Below, piece after piece: positions 35,657 through 46,679 of a stretch of DNA of 64,000 bases. How positions within the stretch are numbered: position 1 is the stretch's first letter; the number at the start of each line of letters is the position of its first letter. The notes under the pieces are model-generated. The model did no database searches. It saw only the letters and a list, made by a program, of their open reading frames with translations, and was not told the DNA's origin. Source of the DNA: an uncultured Ruminococcus sp. (GTDB taxonomy: Bacteria > Bacillota > Clostridia > Oscillospirales > CAG-272); NCBI GenBank assembly GCA_964624685.1, contig CAZUYA010000001.1, forward strand, positions 7,744 to 71,743. The letters run 5' to 3'. A program made the translations under genes and the position numbers.

Positions 35657-37489
35657 ATGGGAAAAATTATTGGTGTGGATCTGGGTACGACAAACTCCTG
35701 TGTTGCGGTTTACGAGGGCGCAGAGCCGATCGTGATTCCGAATCCGGAAGGGGCGAGAACGACTCCGTCCGTGGTGGCGTTTTCCAAGACGGGAGAAAGA
35801 ATGGTCGGTCAGGTAGCAAAGAGACAGGCAATTACAAATCCGGATCGTACAGTTATTTCCATCAAACGGGAAATGGGTACCGGCTATAAGAAGACCATTG
35901 ATGACAAATCCTATACACCGCAGGAATTTTCCGCTATGATTCTGCAAAAATTGAAGGCTGACGCCGAAAGTTATTTGGGTACGAGCGTCAATCAGGCAGT
36001 CATTACCGTTCCTGCTTATTTCTCGGATGCGCAACGTCAAGCAACCAAGGATGCGGGTAAAATTGCCGGTTTGGAAGTTCTTCGTATCATCAACGAGCCG
36101 ACAGCGGCAGCGTTGGCTTACGGCATGGATAAAGAAGCCAATCAAAAAATTATGGTATTCGATTTGGGCGGAGGTACGTTCGATGTATCTTTGTTGGAAA
36201 TTTCCGATGGCGTATTCGAAGTTTTGGCAACAAACGGAGATACCCGTTTGGGCGGAGATGATTTTGACCAGAGAATTATTGATTGGATGGCTGAACAGTT
36301 CCAAAGAGAAAACGGAATCGATTTGCGGAAAGATAAGATGGTTTTGCAAAGATTGCGTGATGCTGCCGAGAAAGCAAAGATCGAGTTGTCCGGCATGACT
36401 TCCACTTCCATCAATCTGCCCTTTATTACCGCAACGGCGGCAGGTCCTTTGCACTTTGAGGCGACCTTGACACGTGCTGAATTTGATCGCATTACCGCCG
36501 ATCTGGTAGAGCGCACGATGATCCCCACAAAGAAGGCATTGGCAGATGCCGGACTGTCTGTCAATCAAGTGGATAAAGTTTTGTTGGTTGGCGGTTCCAC
36601 CAGAATTCCGGCTGTACAGGAAGCGGTGAAAAAGTTTATCGGAAAAGATCCGTTTAAGGGAATCAATCCGGATGAGTGTGTTGCCATCGGTGCGGCAATC
36701 CAAGGCGGTGTGTTGGGCGGCGAAGTCAAAGACCTCTTGTTGTTGGACGTTACCCCGTTGTCTTTGGGAATTGAAACCATGGGCGGTGTGTTCAATCGAA
36801 TCATCGATCGGAATACCACGATCCCAGTGAAAAAGAGCCAAGTTTATTCCACTGCCGCAGACGGTCAAACATCTGTTGAGATTCATGTGTTGCAGGGTGA
36901 ACGTGAGATGGCGGCGCATAATACGACGCTCGGTCGTTTCATTTTGGACGGCATTACGCCGGCACCCAGAGGCGTTCCGCAGATCGAAGTCACGTTTGAT
37001 ATTGATGCCAACGGCATTGTCAATGTAACGGCAAAGGATAAAGGTACCGGAAAAGAACAGCATATCACTATCACTTCTTCTACCAATATGAGTCAGGAAG
37101 ACATTGACCGTGCGGTCAAGGATGCCGAAAAATATGCAGAGGAAGATAAGAAAGCAAAAGAAGCGGTTGATGTGAGAAACCGTGCCGAGACGATTATTTT
37201 CCAAAGCGAAAAGACTTTGACGGAGCTTGGAGATAAAGCCGATCCTTCCGATGTACAGACCGTAAAGGATGCTATTGAAAAACTGAAAGAGACCTTGAAG
37301 GGCAGCGATATTGAGGCAATCAAGGCTGATACGGAAGCAGTTGAGAAATCCTTCTATAAGATTTCCGAAAAGCTCTACAGTCAGCAGGCGGGGGCACAGA
37401 ATGCAGATCCCAATGGCGGTGCAGACGGTCAGGATGGTACCTACTACAATGCAAGCTATGAGGATAATTCCGGCAACAATAATCAGTAA
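35657..37489 (+). CDS. dnaK: Molecular chaperone DnaK
   Basis: [28 protein letters not shown] and [14 protein letters not shown]. Confidence 0.98.
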   Translation: MGKIIGVDLGTTNSCVAVYEGAEPIVIPNPEGARTTPSVVAFSKTGERMVGQVAKRQAITNPDRTVISIKREMGTGYKKTIDDKSYTPQEFSAMILQKLKADAESYLGTSVNQAVITVPAYFSDAQRQATKDAGKIAGLEVLRIINEPTAAALAYGMDKEANQKIMVFDLGGGTFDVSLLEISDGVFEVLATNGDTRLGGDDFDQRIIDWMAEQFQRENGIDLRKDKMVLQRLRDAAEKAKIELSGMTSTSINLPFITATAAGPLHFEATLTRAEFDRITADLVERTMIPTKKALADAGLSVNQVDKVLLVGGSTRIPAVQEAVKKFIGKDPFKGINPDECVAIGAAIQGGVLGGEVKDLLLLDVTPLSLGIETMGGVFNRIIDRNTTIPVKKSQVYSTAADGQTSVEIHVLQGEREMAAHNTTLGRFILDGITPAPRGVPQIEVTFDIDANGIVNVTAKDKGTGKEQHITITSSTNMSQEDIDRAVKDAEKYAEEDKKAKEAVDVRNRAETIIFQSEKTLTELGDKADPSDVQTVKDAIEKLKETLKGSDIEAIKADTEAVEKSFYKISEKLYSQQAGAQNADPNGGADGQDGTYYNASYEDNSGNNNQ

Positions 37490-37509
37490 AATCAATATAT
37501 TTGATCATC

Positions 37510-37550
37510 GGGAAAGGCGGTTCACCGCCTTTCCCGTCGGGTGTATTTTT
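37510..37550 (+). terminator. Intra-operon stem-loop between dnaK and dnaJ (partial terminator or processing site)
   Basis: An 11-bp perfect stem pairs gggaaaggcgg with ccgcctttccc, loop ttca. The T5 run lies only 10 nt downstream. Confidence 0.55.
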
Positions 37551-37636
37551 GCAATGAATACGGTATTGCCGTCATCCATATTCATTTGCTCAAAATGAGC
37601 ATGGATGACTACGATACAGCAATGGAAAGGGTTTAT

Positions 37637-38788
37637 ATGGCAGACAAGAGAGATTATTACGAGGTTCTCGGTGTAGATAAAAATGCGGATGCGGGAACGA
37701 TCAAAAAAGCATATTATAAATTGGCAAAACAGTATCATCCGGATGCGAACCCGGGGGACAAAGTGGCAGAGGAAAAATTCAAAGAGGCAAACGAAGCTTA
37801 TGAAGTTTTGTCCGATCCGGATAAGAAGGCGAAATATGACCAGTTCGGGCATGCCGCTTTTGATCCTAATATGGGGGGCGGTACCGGCGGTTTCGGCGGT
37901 TTTGGAGGTTTTGGCGATTTCGGCGACCTCGGTGATATTCTTGGCGGGATGTTTGGCGGTGCATTCGGCGGAAGTCGGTCGGCACGGCAGAACGGTCCCG
38001 TGGCGGGTGATGATGTCGGTGCAACGGTCAGCATCACGTTTGAAGAAGCCGTATTCGGTGTCAAAAAAGATATTTCCTATTCTCGCATTTGCCGCTGTCG
38101 GGATTGTCAGGGAACCGGCTCGGCAGACGGAAGCAGCGGCGTGGAGACCTGTTCGGTATGTCACGGAAGCGGTCAGGTTCGTCGTGTACAACGAATGGGC
38201 GGGATGTCATTTCAGTCTACCGCACCGTGCGAAGCCTGCCGTGGGAATGGAAAGATCATTAAGAATGCGTGTACAAAATGTCGCGGTACCGGAATGTCAC
38301 GGGAGAATAAGCGGTTGACTGTTTCGATTCCTGCCGGAATTGACGACGGCGAACGGGTTGCATTGCGCGGACAGGGGAACGACGGAAGGAACGGAGGTCC
38401 TGCCGGGGATTTGATTCTTTCCGTATCGGTTCGCAGTCACGCGATCTTTGAGAGAGACGGTTACAATCTTTATTGCGAAATTCCTTTGACGGTGGCAGAG
38501 GCGACTTTGGGAGCGGAATTGGAGATCCCCACTTTGGAAGGAAATGTGAAATATACGATTCCGGAGGGAACGCAACCCGGTACAAAGTTTACCATGCGCG
38601 GCAAGGGGGTTCCTTATGTCAACGGGAACGGCAGACGAGGCGATCTGATTTTCCGTGTAACGGTGGAAATTCCGAAAGGTTTGAATGATAAGCAAAAGGC
38701 GGCAATGAAAACGTTTGCCGAAAGTTGCGGCGAAAGCAATTATGCCAAGCATAAGCAATTTTTCAAAAAGATTTTCGGAAAATCATGA
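37637..38788 (+). CDS. dnaJ: Molecular chaperone DnaJ
   Basis: J-domain YYEVLGV...[14 protein letters not shown], a G/F-rich region, and four CxxCxGxG zinc-finger repeats. Confidence 0.97.
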   Translation: MADKRDYYEVLGVDKNADAGTIKKAYYKLAKQYHPDANPGDKVAEEKFKEANEAYEVLSDPDKKAKYDQFGHAAFDPNMGGGTGGFGGFGGFGDFGDLGDILGGMFGGAFGGSRSARQNGPVAGDDVGATVSITFEEAVFGVKKDISYSRICRCRDCQGTGSADGSSGVETCSVCHGSGQVRRVQRMGGMSFQSTAPCEACRGNGKIIKNACTKCRGTGMSRENKRLTVSIPAGIDDGERVALRGQGNDGRNGGPAGDLILSVSVRSHAIFERDGYNLYCEIPLTVAEATLGAELEIPTLEGNVKYTIPEGTQPGTKFTMRGKGVPYVNGNGRRGDLIFRVTVEIPKGLNDKQKAAMKTFAESCGESNYAKHKQFFKKIFGKS

Positions 38789-38811
38789 AATAAGGGGGTA
38801 AAAAACGGAAT

Positions 38812-39768
38812 ATGATAGATCAGGATTATGTATGCGGTGATTACGGTACCGAGACGCAATGGACGCAAATTCGCGTGACGGTTCCTTTGGAACGGCTGGA
38901 TTGTTTGACTGCTGTGATGAGCATGGTTTCCAACAATTTACAAATTGAAGATTACAGCGATATTGATTTGAAAACTTGTTACGGTGATTTGATTGACGAT
39001 CGGATTCTCAATGCCGATAAGACAATTGCATCGGTTTCCGTCTATCTTCCGGCAGAGAGAAGTGTTGCCGAATGCCTCTCTTTTCTCAAAGAACGTTTTG
39101 CCGATATCGGCTTATCCGATGCCAAAATTGAAACTGTTGGAGTGAATGAAGAAGATTGGGCAAACTCCTGGAAAGAGTATTATAAGCCGATCAAAATCGG
39201 AAAACGGCTGGTCATTGTTCCGGCATGGGAAAAGTATGAGCCGAACGACGGCGAATTGATCGTTCGCATGGATCCGGGAATGGCATTCGGAACGGGAACG
39301 CATGAAACGACGCGCTTGGTGATCCGCATGTTGGAAAACTATACCGTTCCCGGATGCAGAATGTTGGACGTTGGAACGGGAAGCGGAATCCTTGCGATTT
39401 GTGCTTCTAAATTGGGAGCCGCCGAATGTCGTGCCTATGATATTGATCCGATGGCGGTTCGTGTGGCAAATGAAAATATTCGAGACAGCGGATTGACGAA
39501 TATTACCTGTGAAACATCCGATTTGCTTCGTCAGGTGGATGACAGTCGGCCGTATGATCTGATTTGTGCCAATATCGTAGCCGATATTATCATTCGTATG
39601 ACACCGGATGTCGGACGTTATATGCATGATCGCACGGTCTTGTTGGCTTCCGGTATTATTTTGGAGCGTAGCCAAGATGTGGAGGAGTGTTTTGAACGGA
39701 ACGGATTCCGCATTGTGGAAAAATTGGTGGATAACGATTGGTGCGGTCTTGCCGTTATGAAAAAGTAA
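38812..39768 (+). CDS. prmA: Ribosomal protein L11 methyltransferase PrmA
   Basis: DPGMAFGTGTHETT and SAM motif LDVGTGSGILAI. The usual position after dnaJ. Confidence 0.92.
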   Translation: MIDQDYVCGDYGTETQWTQIRVTVPLERLDCLTAVMSMVSNNLQIEDYSDIDLKTCYGDLIDDRILNADKTIASVSVYLPAERSVAECLSFLKERFADIGLSDAKIETVGVNEEDWANSWKEYYKPIKIGKRLVIVPAWEKYEPNDGELIVRMDPGMAFGTGTHETTRLVIRMLENYTVPGCRMLDVGTGSGILAICASKLGAAECRAYDIDPMAVRVANENIRDSGLTNITCETSDLLRQVDDSRPYDLICANIVADIIIRMTPDVGRYMHDRTVLLASGIILERSQDVEECFERNGFRIVEKLVDNDWCGLAVMKK

Positions 39769-39812
39769 GGGAGCTGTTCCGAACGCACAAGCGATGGGAT
39801 TCTTTCCGAAAT

Positions 39813-39866
39813 CGGTTCAAATGCATGAGGTTGTTTGACATTTGAACCGTTTCTTTTTGCTTTTTT
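39813..39866 (+). terminator. Rho-independent terminator after prmA
   Basis: An 11-bp stem pairs cggttcaaatg (39813-39823) with catttgaaccg (39839-39849), followed by tttctttttgctttttt. Confidence 0.8.
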
Positions 39867-39907
39867 GTAAAAAACAAGGAAAAAATTGATTTGTTTACAA
39901 AAAGGTG

Positions 39908-39936
39908 TTTACAAAAGAATATTTTTGTAGTAAAAT
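39908..39936 (+). promoter_or_regulatory. Sigma-A promoter of pyrH
   Basis: TTTACA (39908-39913), a 17-nt spacer, then TAAAAT (39931-39936). Confidence 0.55.
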
Positions 39937-39975
39937 ATAAAGGAATACATGACAAGCCAAGGAGTGGAACTGTTT

Positions 39976-40683
39976 ATGGGAAAGCCGAAATATCATCGCG
40001 TTTTGTTGAAACTGTCTGGGGAAGCATTGGAATCTGCTGATGGAATCTTGGATTTTACGTTTATTGAAAAAGTGGCTGTGCAGATTCGACGTTGCGTGGA
40101 GGAAGGTGTACAGGTCGCTGTTATTGTAGGTGCTGGCAATATTTGGAGAGGTAGGCAGGGAACCGGAATGGATCGTTGTCGTGCCGATCATATGGGAATG
40201 CTTGCGACCGCAATCAATTCGATTGCTTTGCAAGACGTCTTTCTCCGTGTCGGAATGAAAGCAACGGTAATGACCGCTGTGGAAATGCAAGCGTTTGCCG
40301 AACCTTACACGGTACGCGGTGCAATTGAAGCGTTGGAGAACGGGACTGTTGTCATTTTCGGTTGCGGATTGGGAACGCCGTTCTTTTCCACCGATACTGC
40401 TGCAGCGTTGCGTGCTGCCGAGATCGGTGCCGAGTGTATTTTGATGGCAAAGAATATCGATGCGATTTACAGCGATGATCCGAAACGGAATCCGAATGCG
40501 GTGCGTTACTCCGATGTGACTTATTTGCAGATCATTGAGAAGAATTTGCGTGCATTGGATATGTCTGCCATTATTTTATGCCGCGAGAATGACATCAATG
40601 GGTATGCATTCGGACTGGCTGATCCGGAGAATATCTACCGTGCGGTGATGGGCGAAGCTGTCGGGACTGCAATTCATAATTGA
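39976..40683 (+). CDS. pyrH: UMP kinase
   Basis: YHRVLLKLSGEAL and VIVGAGNIWRG. AAGGAGTGG RBS. Confidence 0.95.
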   Translation: MGKPKYHRVLLKLSGEALESADGILDFTFIEKVAVQIRRCVEEGVQVAVIVGAGNIWRGRQGTGMDRCRADHMGMLATAINSIALQDVFLRVGMKATVMTAVEMQAFAEPYTVRGAIEALENGTVVIFGCGLGTPFFSTDTAAALRAAEIGAECILMAKNIDAIYSDDPKRNPNAVRYSDVTYLQIIEKNLRALDMSAIILCRENDINGYAFGLADPENIYRAVMGEAVGTAIHN

Positions 40684-40724
40684 AAGCAGTCATCGAACAT
40701 TTACATAGAAAGGATTTTATAACC

Positions 40725-41279
40725 ATGAAATTTAACACCAAAGAAACCGAAGAGAAGATGCAAAAAAGCGTCAGCGTGTATGAAAACAATCTCTCGACCA
40801 TTCGCGCCAGTCAGGCAAACGGTGCCGTTGTATCGAAAGTGACTTTTGAATATTACGGATCGGCGACTCGGTTGACGGATATGGCATCCGTGGCGGTAAC
40901 AGATCCGAAGACATTAACCATTACCCCGTATGACCGTTCTACTTTGAAGGCGATGGTCAAGGCAATTCAAACCTCTGATATTGGAATCAATCCCGTAGAT
41001 GACGGTTCGGTGATTCGGTTGGTATTCCCACCTTTGACAGAGGAGCATCGTAAAGGATTGGCAAAACAGATTCAAAAATTGTCGGAAGAAGCGCGCGTGG
41101 CTGTACGGAACGTGCGCAGAGAGGCAAATGATGATATTAAAAAACAGAAAAAAGACGGAGTTATGACAGAGGATGAGCAAAAAGCGGGGGAAAAATCCGT
41201 TCAGGATTTGACTGACCGTTATGTGAAGCTCATTGATGAAATCACTGCAAAAAAAGAAAAAGAGATTATGCAGATCTGA
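40725..41279 (+). CDS. frr: Ribosome recycling factor
   Basis: LSTIRASQANGAVVSKV, ITPYD and LTEEHRKGLAKQ. 184 aa. Confidence 0.95.
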   Translation: MKFNTKETEEKMQKSVSVYENNLSTIRASQANGAVVSKVTFEYYGSATRLTDMASVAVTDPKTLTITPYDRSTLKAMVKAIQTSDIGINPVDDGSVIRLVFPPLTEEHRKGLAKQIQKLSEEARVAVRNVRREANDDIKKQKKDGVMTEDEQKAGEKSVQDLTDRYVKLIDEITAKKEKEIMQI

Positions 41280-41368
41280 ACAAACATACGGGGGTGTCAC
41301 ATTCAAGGACTTTTTCATATGCCGCTTGATCGTGGCATCCCCTCAACGGTTTGTGACATGGGGGATTT

Positions 41369-42094
41369 ATGTTTTTCAGAAACAAAGCCAAACAGGCGTC
41401 GGAGGCGGTGCAGGTTGACGATCGGTTACAGCATATCGCTTTTATCATGGACGGGAACGGGAGATGGGCAAAAAAGCGTGGAATGCCGCGTGAATACGGG
41501 CATTCTCATGGAGCCGCTACGTTCAAACGTGTCGGACGCTATTGCGAACGCATCGGGATCAAATATATGACGGTGTACGCTTTTTCGACGGAAAATTGGA
41601 AGCGACCGCAAAAAGAAGTCGATGCGATTATGAAAATTTTGGATGAATATATCGAAGAATGCTTTTTGGAGATGAAAGACGATAACGTTCATTTTCGTTT
41701 CATCGGAAATTTGCAGATCTTTCCCACAGAGTTGCGGGAAAAAATGGAGAAGATCGATCGTGAAACGGCACACAAACCGTTTGTCTTAAATATTGCCGTT
41801 AATTACGGCGGGCGGGAAGAGATTGTTCATGCTTGTAACACCTTGATCGCAGAAGGAAAAAGAGAAATCTGTGAAACGGATATTGGCAACCATATATATA
41901 CGGCAGGTTGCCCGGATCCGGATCTGGTCGTTCGCACCGGCGGAGATCTGCGAATTTCCAATTTTTTGCTTTGGCAATCGGCATATACCGAATATTATTT
42001 TACAGATGTTCTGTGGCCGGATTATTCCGACAGAGATGTTGATTTGGCGGTTGCCGCTTTTTATTCCAGACAACGGCGTTACGGCGGTGTATAA
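41369..42094 (+). CDS. uppS: Isoprenyl transferase (undecaprenyl diphosphate synthase)
   Basis: HIAFIMDGNGRWAKKRG, AFSTENWKRP and RTGGDLRISNFLLWQSAYTE. Confidence 0.95.
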   Translation: MFFRNKAKQASEAVQVDDRLQHIAFIMDGNGRWAKKRGMPREYGHSHGAATFKRVGRYCERIGIKYMTVYAFSTENWKRPQKEVDAIMKILDEYIEECFLEMKDDNVHFRFIGNLQIFPTELREKMEKIDRETAHKPFVLNIAVNYGGREEIVHACNTLIAEGKREICETDIGNHIYTAGCPDPDLVVRTGGDLRISNFLLWQSAYTEYYFTDVLWPDYSDRDVDLAVAAFYSRQRRYGGV

Positions 42095-42143
42095 TGATTG
42101 ACATGCGTTTTTACATGTCCGAAAAAACGGAGGAAACTTCAGT

Positions 42144-42983
42144 ATGAAACAACGAATTATTACGGGAGCTGTGATATTGGCGGTATTGGTGGTTGTGGAA
42201 ATTTTTTCTTGGACACCGCTTTTTCCGCTGGTATTGGCACTGTGTTCCGTAATTGCGGTTTATGAAATGGCGCGTTGCATCGGATTAAAAAAAGAGTATA
42301 TTTTGAATGTACCGCTTTATATATTGGCGGCGGTCTATCCGTTTTTGATGCGTTATATCGGCGATAAAATTTTACTTCAAAAAATCCATTTCATTGTGAT
42401 TATGTGTGTTCCGCTGTATTTCTTCACGGTTTTGACTTTTTCCCGCGGAAGATATAAACTTGCCGATATTGCCGTTTTGTTTATGACTGTATTTTACATC
42501 CTGTTGGGATTCAACTCAATCATGATTCTGTATTGCCATCGAGGTGATGTGGGACACTTTTTGCATATTACGGTTTTCTTAGGCGCATGGGTAACGGATA
42601 TATTTGCTTATTTTTGCGGCGTTATGTTTGGTAAGCATAAACTGATTCCGGATGTTTCTCCGAAAAAAACAGTGGAGGGAAGCATCGGCGGAATCTTGTT
42701 TTGCGTATTGTTTATGACGCTGTTTGGCTTGGTTTGTGATTTGATTTCAGCCAAATTTGCTACGCATCTGTGGGTGTTTGCGGTAGGCGGCTTGATTGCG
42801 TCCGTTGTGGCGCAAGTGGGAGATCTGTTGATGTCCGTTATCAAACGAACTTATGGCATTAAAGATTACGGAAAGATCTTTGTCGGTCACGGCGGAATGT
42901 TGGATCGGTTTGATTCCGTGCTTTCCGTTGCCATTGCATTGGCGGCATTCAGCTCTTTCTTTCAATTTTTTGAGGTGGTTTGA
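42144..42983 (+). CDS. cdsA: Phosphatidate cytidylyltransferase
   Basis: Polytopic. Has SPKKTVEGSIGG and the C-terminal signature KRTYGIKDYGKIFVGHGGMLDRFDS. Confidence 0.93.
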   Translation: MKQRIITGAVILAVLVVVEIFSWTPLFPLVLALCSVIAVYEMARCIGLKKEYILNVPLYILAAVYPFLMRYIGDKILLQKIHFIVIMCVPLYFFTVLTFSRGRYKLADIAVLFMTVFYILLGFNSIMILYCHRGDVGHFLHITVFLGAWVTDIFAYFCGVMFGKHKLIPDVSPKKTVEGSIGGILFCVLFMTLFGLVCDLISAKFATHLWVFAVGGLIASVVAQVGDLLMSVIKRTYGIKDYGKIFVGHGGMLDRFDSVLSVAIALAAFSSFFQFFEVV

Positions 42984-42985
42984 AT

Positions 42986-44170
42986 ATGAACGACGTTGTA
43001 TATCCATCGGTTTCCGTATTGGGATCGACCGGCTCGGTCGGTGAGCAGGCAATTGATGTTGCCACACGATGCGGCATCCGCATCCATGCGATTTCTGCCA
43101 ATCGGAATGTGGACAGAGTGGAAGTTCAGGCACGCTCCCTGCATGTACGGGCATGTGCCATGGCGGACAGAGAGGCTGCAAAAGAATTGCAGATCCGCTT
43201 AGCCGATACCGATATTCGGGTTTATGCGGGGACGGAAGGCATTTGTGAGATGATTGCCCAACCGTATGAAGACAAAGAAGTAATTGTCAATTCTATTATC
43301 GGTGAAGCCGGGTTGCGTCCGACGTTGGCGGTGTTGAATGCCGGTAAACGGTTGGCGTTGGCGAACAAGGAGTCCCTGGTTTGTGCCGGTGAATTTGTCA
43401 TGAAAATGGCAGAGGCAAAAAAGGCTGAGATTCTTCCGGTTGACAGCGAACACAGTGCCATTTTTCAGGCATTACGTGCCGGCGAGCCGAAAGAAATTAA
43501 ACGGATCCTGTTGACGGCATCCGGAGGTCCTTTTTACGGAATGCAGCGGGAAGAGCTTTCTTCCATTACGGTGGAACGTGCGTTGGCGCACCCCACATGG
43601 AAAATGGGATCCAAAATTACCGTTGACAGTGCAACGCTGATGAACAAAGGGTTTGAAGTGATTGAGGCGGTTCATTTGTTTGGTGTACGCCCGGAGCAGA
43701 TCGATGTTTTGGTCCATCGTGAGAGCATAATGCATTCGGCAATCGAATACACTGATAACAGTGTCATTGCGCAACTGTCCGTTCCGGATATGCGTTTGTG
43801 TGTGCAATATGCACTGACGCATCCAAACCGTGCCGAAGCGGTCATTCCTCCTTTGGATCTGACTGCTGTCGGGAAGATGACATTTGCCAAACCGGATACG
43901 GATACGTTTGTTTTATTGCGTGCGGCGTTGGATGCAATTCGCATCGGAGGTGCGGTTCCGGCAGTGTTGAATGCGGCAAATGAAGTTGCGGTGGAAGCTT
44001 TTTTGAAGAAGCAGTTGGATTTTGTCGGTATTTTTGACGTTGTTTTGCAAACGATGGAAGCTTTACCGGATGCAGGAAAAATTTATTCCATGGAAGACAT
44101 TTTCGCTTTTGACGGTGCGGCAAGATCTCTTGCAAATGAATTTTTGGCAAAACGCGGTGCGGTTTGTTGA
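42986..44170 (+). CDS. dxr: 1-deoxy-D-xylulose-5-phosphate reductoisomerase
   Basis: VLGSTGSVG, LANKESLV, PVDSEHSAIFQ and HPTWKMG. Confidence 0.96.
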   Translation: MNDVVYPSVSVLGSTGSVGEQAIDVATRCGIRIHAISANRNVDRVEVQARSLHVRACAMADREAAKELQIRLADTDIRVYAGTEGICEMIAQPYEDKEVIVNSIIGEAGLRPTLAVLNAGKRLALANKESLVCAGEFVMKMAEAKKAEILPVDSEHSAIFQALRAGEPKEIKRILLTASGGPFYGMQREELSSITVERALAHPTWKMGSKITVDSATLMNKGFEVIEAVHLFGVRPEQIDVLVHRESIMHSAIEYTDNSVIAQLSVPDMRLCVQYALTHPNRAEAVIPPLDLTAVGKMTFAKPDTDTFVLLRAALDAIRIGGAVPAVLNAANEVAVEAFLKKQLDFVGIFDVVLQTMEALPDAGKIYSMEDIFAFDGAARSLANEFLAKRGAVC

Positions 44171-44190
44171 TCTGAAGGAGGAGTTCCGAA

Positions 44191-45588
44191 TTGAATATGT
44201 TATATATTCTGTTGGCACTTGTAATTTTCGGACTTTTGATTTTCATTCATGAGTTGGGACATTTTTTGGTGGCTCGTGCTTGTGGTGTTCGCATCTTGGA
44301 ATTTGCAATCGGTATGGGACCGAAGTTGGTCTCCTGGAAGAGTAAAAAATCGGGAACCAAATATGCCATTCGTCTGTTTCCAATCGGCGGCTTTGTCAGT
44401 ATGTTGGGGGAAAACGGGATGGAAGCGGTTCAAGGCGACAGTGATGGAGCGGAAGACGAATCCGATGATGACGACGAAACAAGTTTTATCAATGATGAAG
44501 AGCCGGAAAGCGTCGAAGCGTCGAAACGAGAGCGTGTCAACCTTTGGATGGACGAAGAAACGGCAAGTCATGCTTACTGCAATCAAAGCGTTTGGAAGCG
44601 GATTCTGATTTCGATAGCGGGACCGGCAATGAACATTGCACTGGGCTTTGTATTGATGTTGGTTATGGTATTGATGGCTGGACATCAAAATTTGGCAACC
44701 AATATCATTGGCGGTTTTTCCGTTGAATATGCGGGAGAAGAGGCACAAAGCGGATTTTTGCCGGGGGATGTTCTATATTCTTTGGATGGGAATCGGGTGT
44801 TTTCTTATGCTTCTTTGGAACAGACCGTGGAGGAAAATCCCGAAAAGGTCTTTGCTGTCACCGTGTTGCGGACAGATGCCGATTCCAATGTACAAAGTTA
44901 TGTTGAATTTGAGTCCGAGATAGATGAATCGTTGCTCAAAGGATTCCGTAAACCGTTCAGTGAAGAAAACGGATTACAGATCAACGATACGATCATCAAA
45001 GTCAATTCGACTCGTGTGCATACTTACAATGAATTATATTATGAAATTACCAATCAAGGTTATCAAAGTCTGACCTTGACAATTGTACGCGACGGGGAAG
45101 AAATGGTTTTGGAAAATGTGACTTTTCTGACGCAACAGGAGAGTGGTGTTTGGTTCGGTTATGTGGATATTATCCCGTATCGGGAGCAGAATTTTGATTT
45201 TCAAACCGTGATGAAGCATACATGGTTCCGTTCTCTCTCAACGGTCAAAATGGTCTTTGATTCTTTGATCGGTATGATACGGGGGCGGTTTGGAATGGAT
45301 GCGGTGTCCGGACCGGTCGGAATTACCAAAACAATCGGTGAGGTGGCGCAGATCGGCTTTACCAGTTTGCTGAATTTGGTTGTCATCATTTCCATCAATT
45401 TGGGAGTGATGAATCTGTTGCCGTTTCCCGCATTGGACGGTGGGCATATTTTGATCTATTTGATTGAAGCCGTTCGAGGCAAACCGATGAAAAAAGAAGT
45501 CGAGGCGATGATCAATTTTGTCGGATTGGTTATTTTGTTGGCTTTGGCAGTGATTATTGGATTGAAGGATGTACTTTCATGGCTATGA
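44191..45588 (+). CDS. rseP: RIP site-2 metalloprotease RseP/RasP
   Basis: HELGHF zinc motif in TM1, a PDZ region, and the C-terminal NLLPFPALDGGH motif. TTG start 8 nt after GAAGGAGGA. Confidence 0.93.
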   Translation: MNMLYILLALVIFGLLIFIHELGHFLVARACGVRILEFAIGMGPKLVSWKSKKSGTKYAIRLFPIGGFVSMLGENGMEAVQGDSDGAEDESDDDDETSFINDEEPESVEASKRERVNLWMDEETASHAYCNQSVWKRILISIAGPAMNIALGFVLMLVMVLMAGHQNLATNIIGGFSVEYAGEEAQSGFLPGDVLYSLDGNRVFSYASLEQTVEENPEKVFAVTVLRTDADSNVQSYVEFESEIDESLLKGFRKPFSEENGLQINDTIIKVNSTRVHTYNELYYEITNQGYQSLTLTIVRDGEEMVLENVTFLTQQESGVWFGYVDIIPYREQNFDFQTVMKHTWFRSLSTVKMVFDSLIGMIRGRFGMDAVSGPVGITKTIGEVAQIGFTSLLNLVVIISINLGVMNLLPFPALDGGHILIYLIEAVRGKPMKKEVEAMINFVGLVILLALAVIIGLKDVLSWL

Positions 45589-46679
45589 GATATAACGAGA
45601 TCAGAAGAAAAACAAGAACGATTCGTGTGGGTACACGGTCAATCGGCGGTCAGCAGGCTATCGCGATTCAGTCTATGACCAATACCGATACTTTAGATGT
45701 TGAACGAACGGTTGAACAGGTTCGTCGGTTGGAACTTGCCGGATGTGACGTAGTACGGGTATCTGTTCCAACGGAAGAAGCCGCATATACGATTTGGAAG
45801 ATTAAAGAAGCTGGTGTTCGGATTCCGATTGTTGCCGATATTCATTTTGATTACCGCATTGCTTTACGTTGTGCCGAACTGGGATTTGATAAAATTCGCA
45901 TCAATCCCGGGAATATCGGAGATGACGATCGGGTTCGTGCGGTTTGTGCGGCATGCAGAGAAAGAAAAATTCCCATTCGCATCGGTGTCAACAGCGGATC
46001 GTTGGAAAAACATATTTTGGAAAAATACGGTGCGCCTACGCCGGAGGCACTCTGTGAGAGTGCATTATATCATATTGCTTTGTTGGAGAAATTTGATTTT
46101 TATGATACCTTGGTTTCCATCAAAGCATCTACCGTGTCGGATATGATTGCCGCCAACCGTTTACTGGCTTCCAAATGTGATTATCCTTTGCATTTGGGCG
46201 TGACCGAAGCGGGCGGAGGAAGTCGCGGATTACTGAAAAGTGCCGTCGGAATCGGTTCTTTGCTATGCGACGGGATCGGGGATACGATCCGAGTGTCTTT
46301 GACCGATGATCCGATTGAAGAAGTCGATGCGGCAAAGCAAATCTTGCGTGCCGTCGGAATTGAAGGACAGTGCGGGATGGATATTGTCAGTTGTCCGACT
46401 TGTTCCCGCACCAAGATCGAGTTGATTCCCCTGGTCAAATCGTTTGAAGCTGCCGTTAAGAAAGCGGGATTAGAGGATGTTCCCGTGAAAGTTGCTTTGA
46501 TGGGATGCGTTGTAAACGGTCCGGGAGAAGCACGCGAAGCAGATGTTGGAATTGCCGGCGGAAAAGGAGAAGCCATGCTGTTTCGTCACGGTGAAATTAT
46601 GGAAAAAATTCCGGAAGACGAAATTATCGAGCGATTGTTACGGGAAATTCGCATTTTGAAGGAACAAAAACAATTATGA
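45579..46679 (+). CDS. ispG: 4-hydroxy-3-methylbut-2-enyl diphosphate synthase
   Basis: IQSMTNTDT, RINPGNIG, and cluster cysteines in SCPTCSRT and GCVVNGPGE. Confidence 0.95.
   Translation: MAMRYNEIRRKTRTIRVGTRSIGGQQAIAIQSMTNTDTLDVERTVEQVRRLELAGCDVVRVSVPTEEAAYTIWKIKEAGVRIPIVADIHFDYRIALRCAELGFDKIRINPGNIGDDDRVRAVCAACRERKIPIRIGVNSGSLEKHILEKYGAPTPEALCESALYHIALLEKFDFYDTLVSIKASTVSDMIAANRLLASKCDYPLHLGVTEAGGGSRGLLKSAVGIGSLLCDGIGDTIRVSLTDDPIEEVDAAKQILRAVGIEGQCGMDIVSCPTCSRTKIELIPLVKSFEAAVKKAGLEDVPVKVALMGCVVNGPGEAREADVGIAGGKGEAMLFRHGEIMEKIPEDEIIERLLREIRILKEQKQL

Noticed and set aside
35390-37495. 701-aa ORF on the minus strand
   Set aside because: It is antisense to dnaK, which is unambiguous, so this is a typical shadow ORF in a gene with biased codon usage.
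37870-37980. Repetitive GGTTTCGGCGG-type DNA
   Set aside because: It encodes the normal glycine/phenylalanine-rich linker of DnaJ ([16 protein letters not shown]) and is not an independent repeat element.
41280-41368. Small ORFs and a long-range inverted repeat (ggtgtcaca ... tgtgacatgg) in the frr-uppS spacer
   Set aside because: The stem is only 7 bp with a loop of about 40 nt. The ORFs (41233-41418 and 41319-41570) overlap the real genes out of frame. I see no support for a regulatory RNA.
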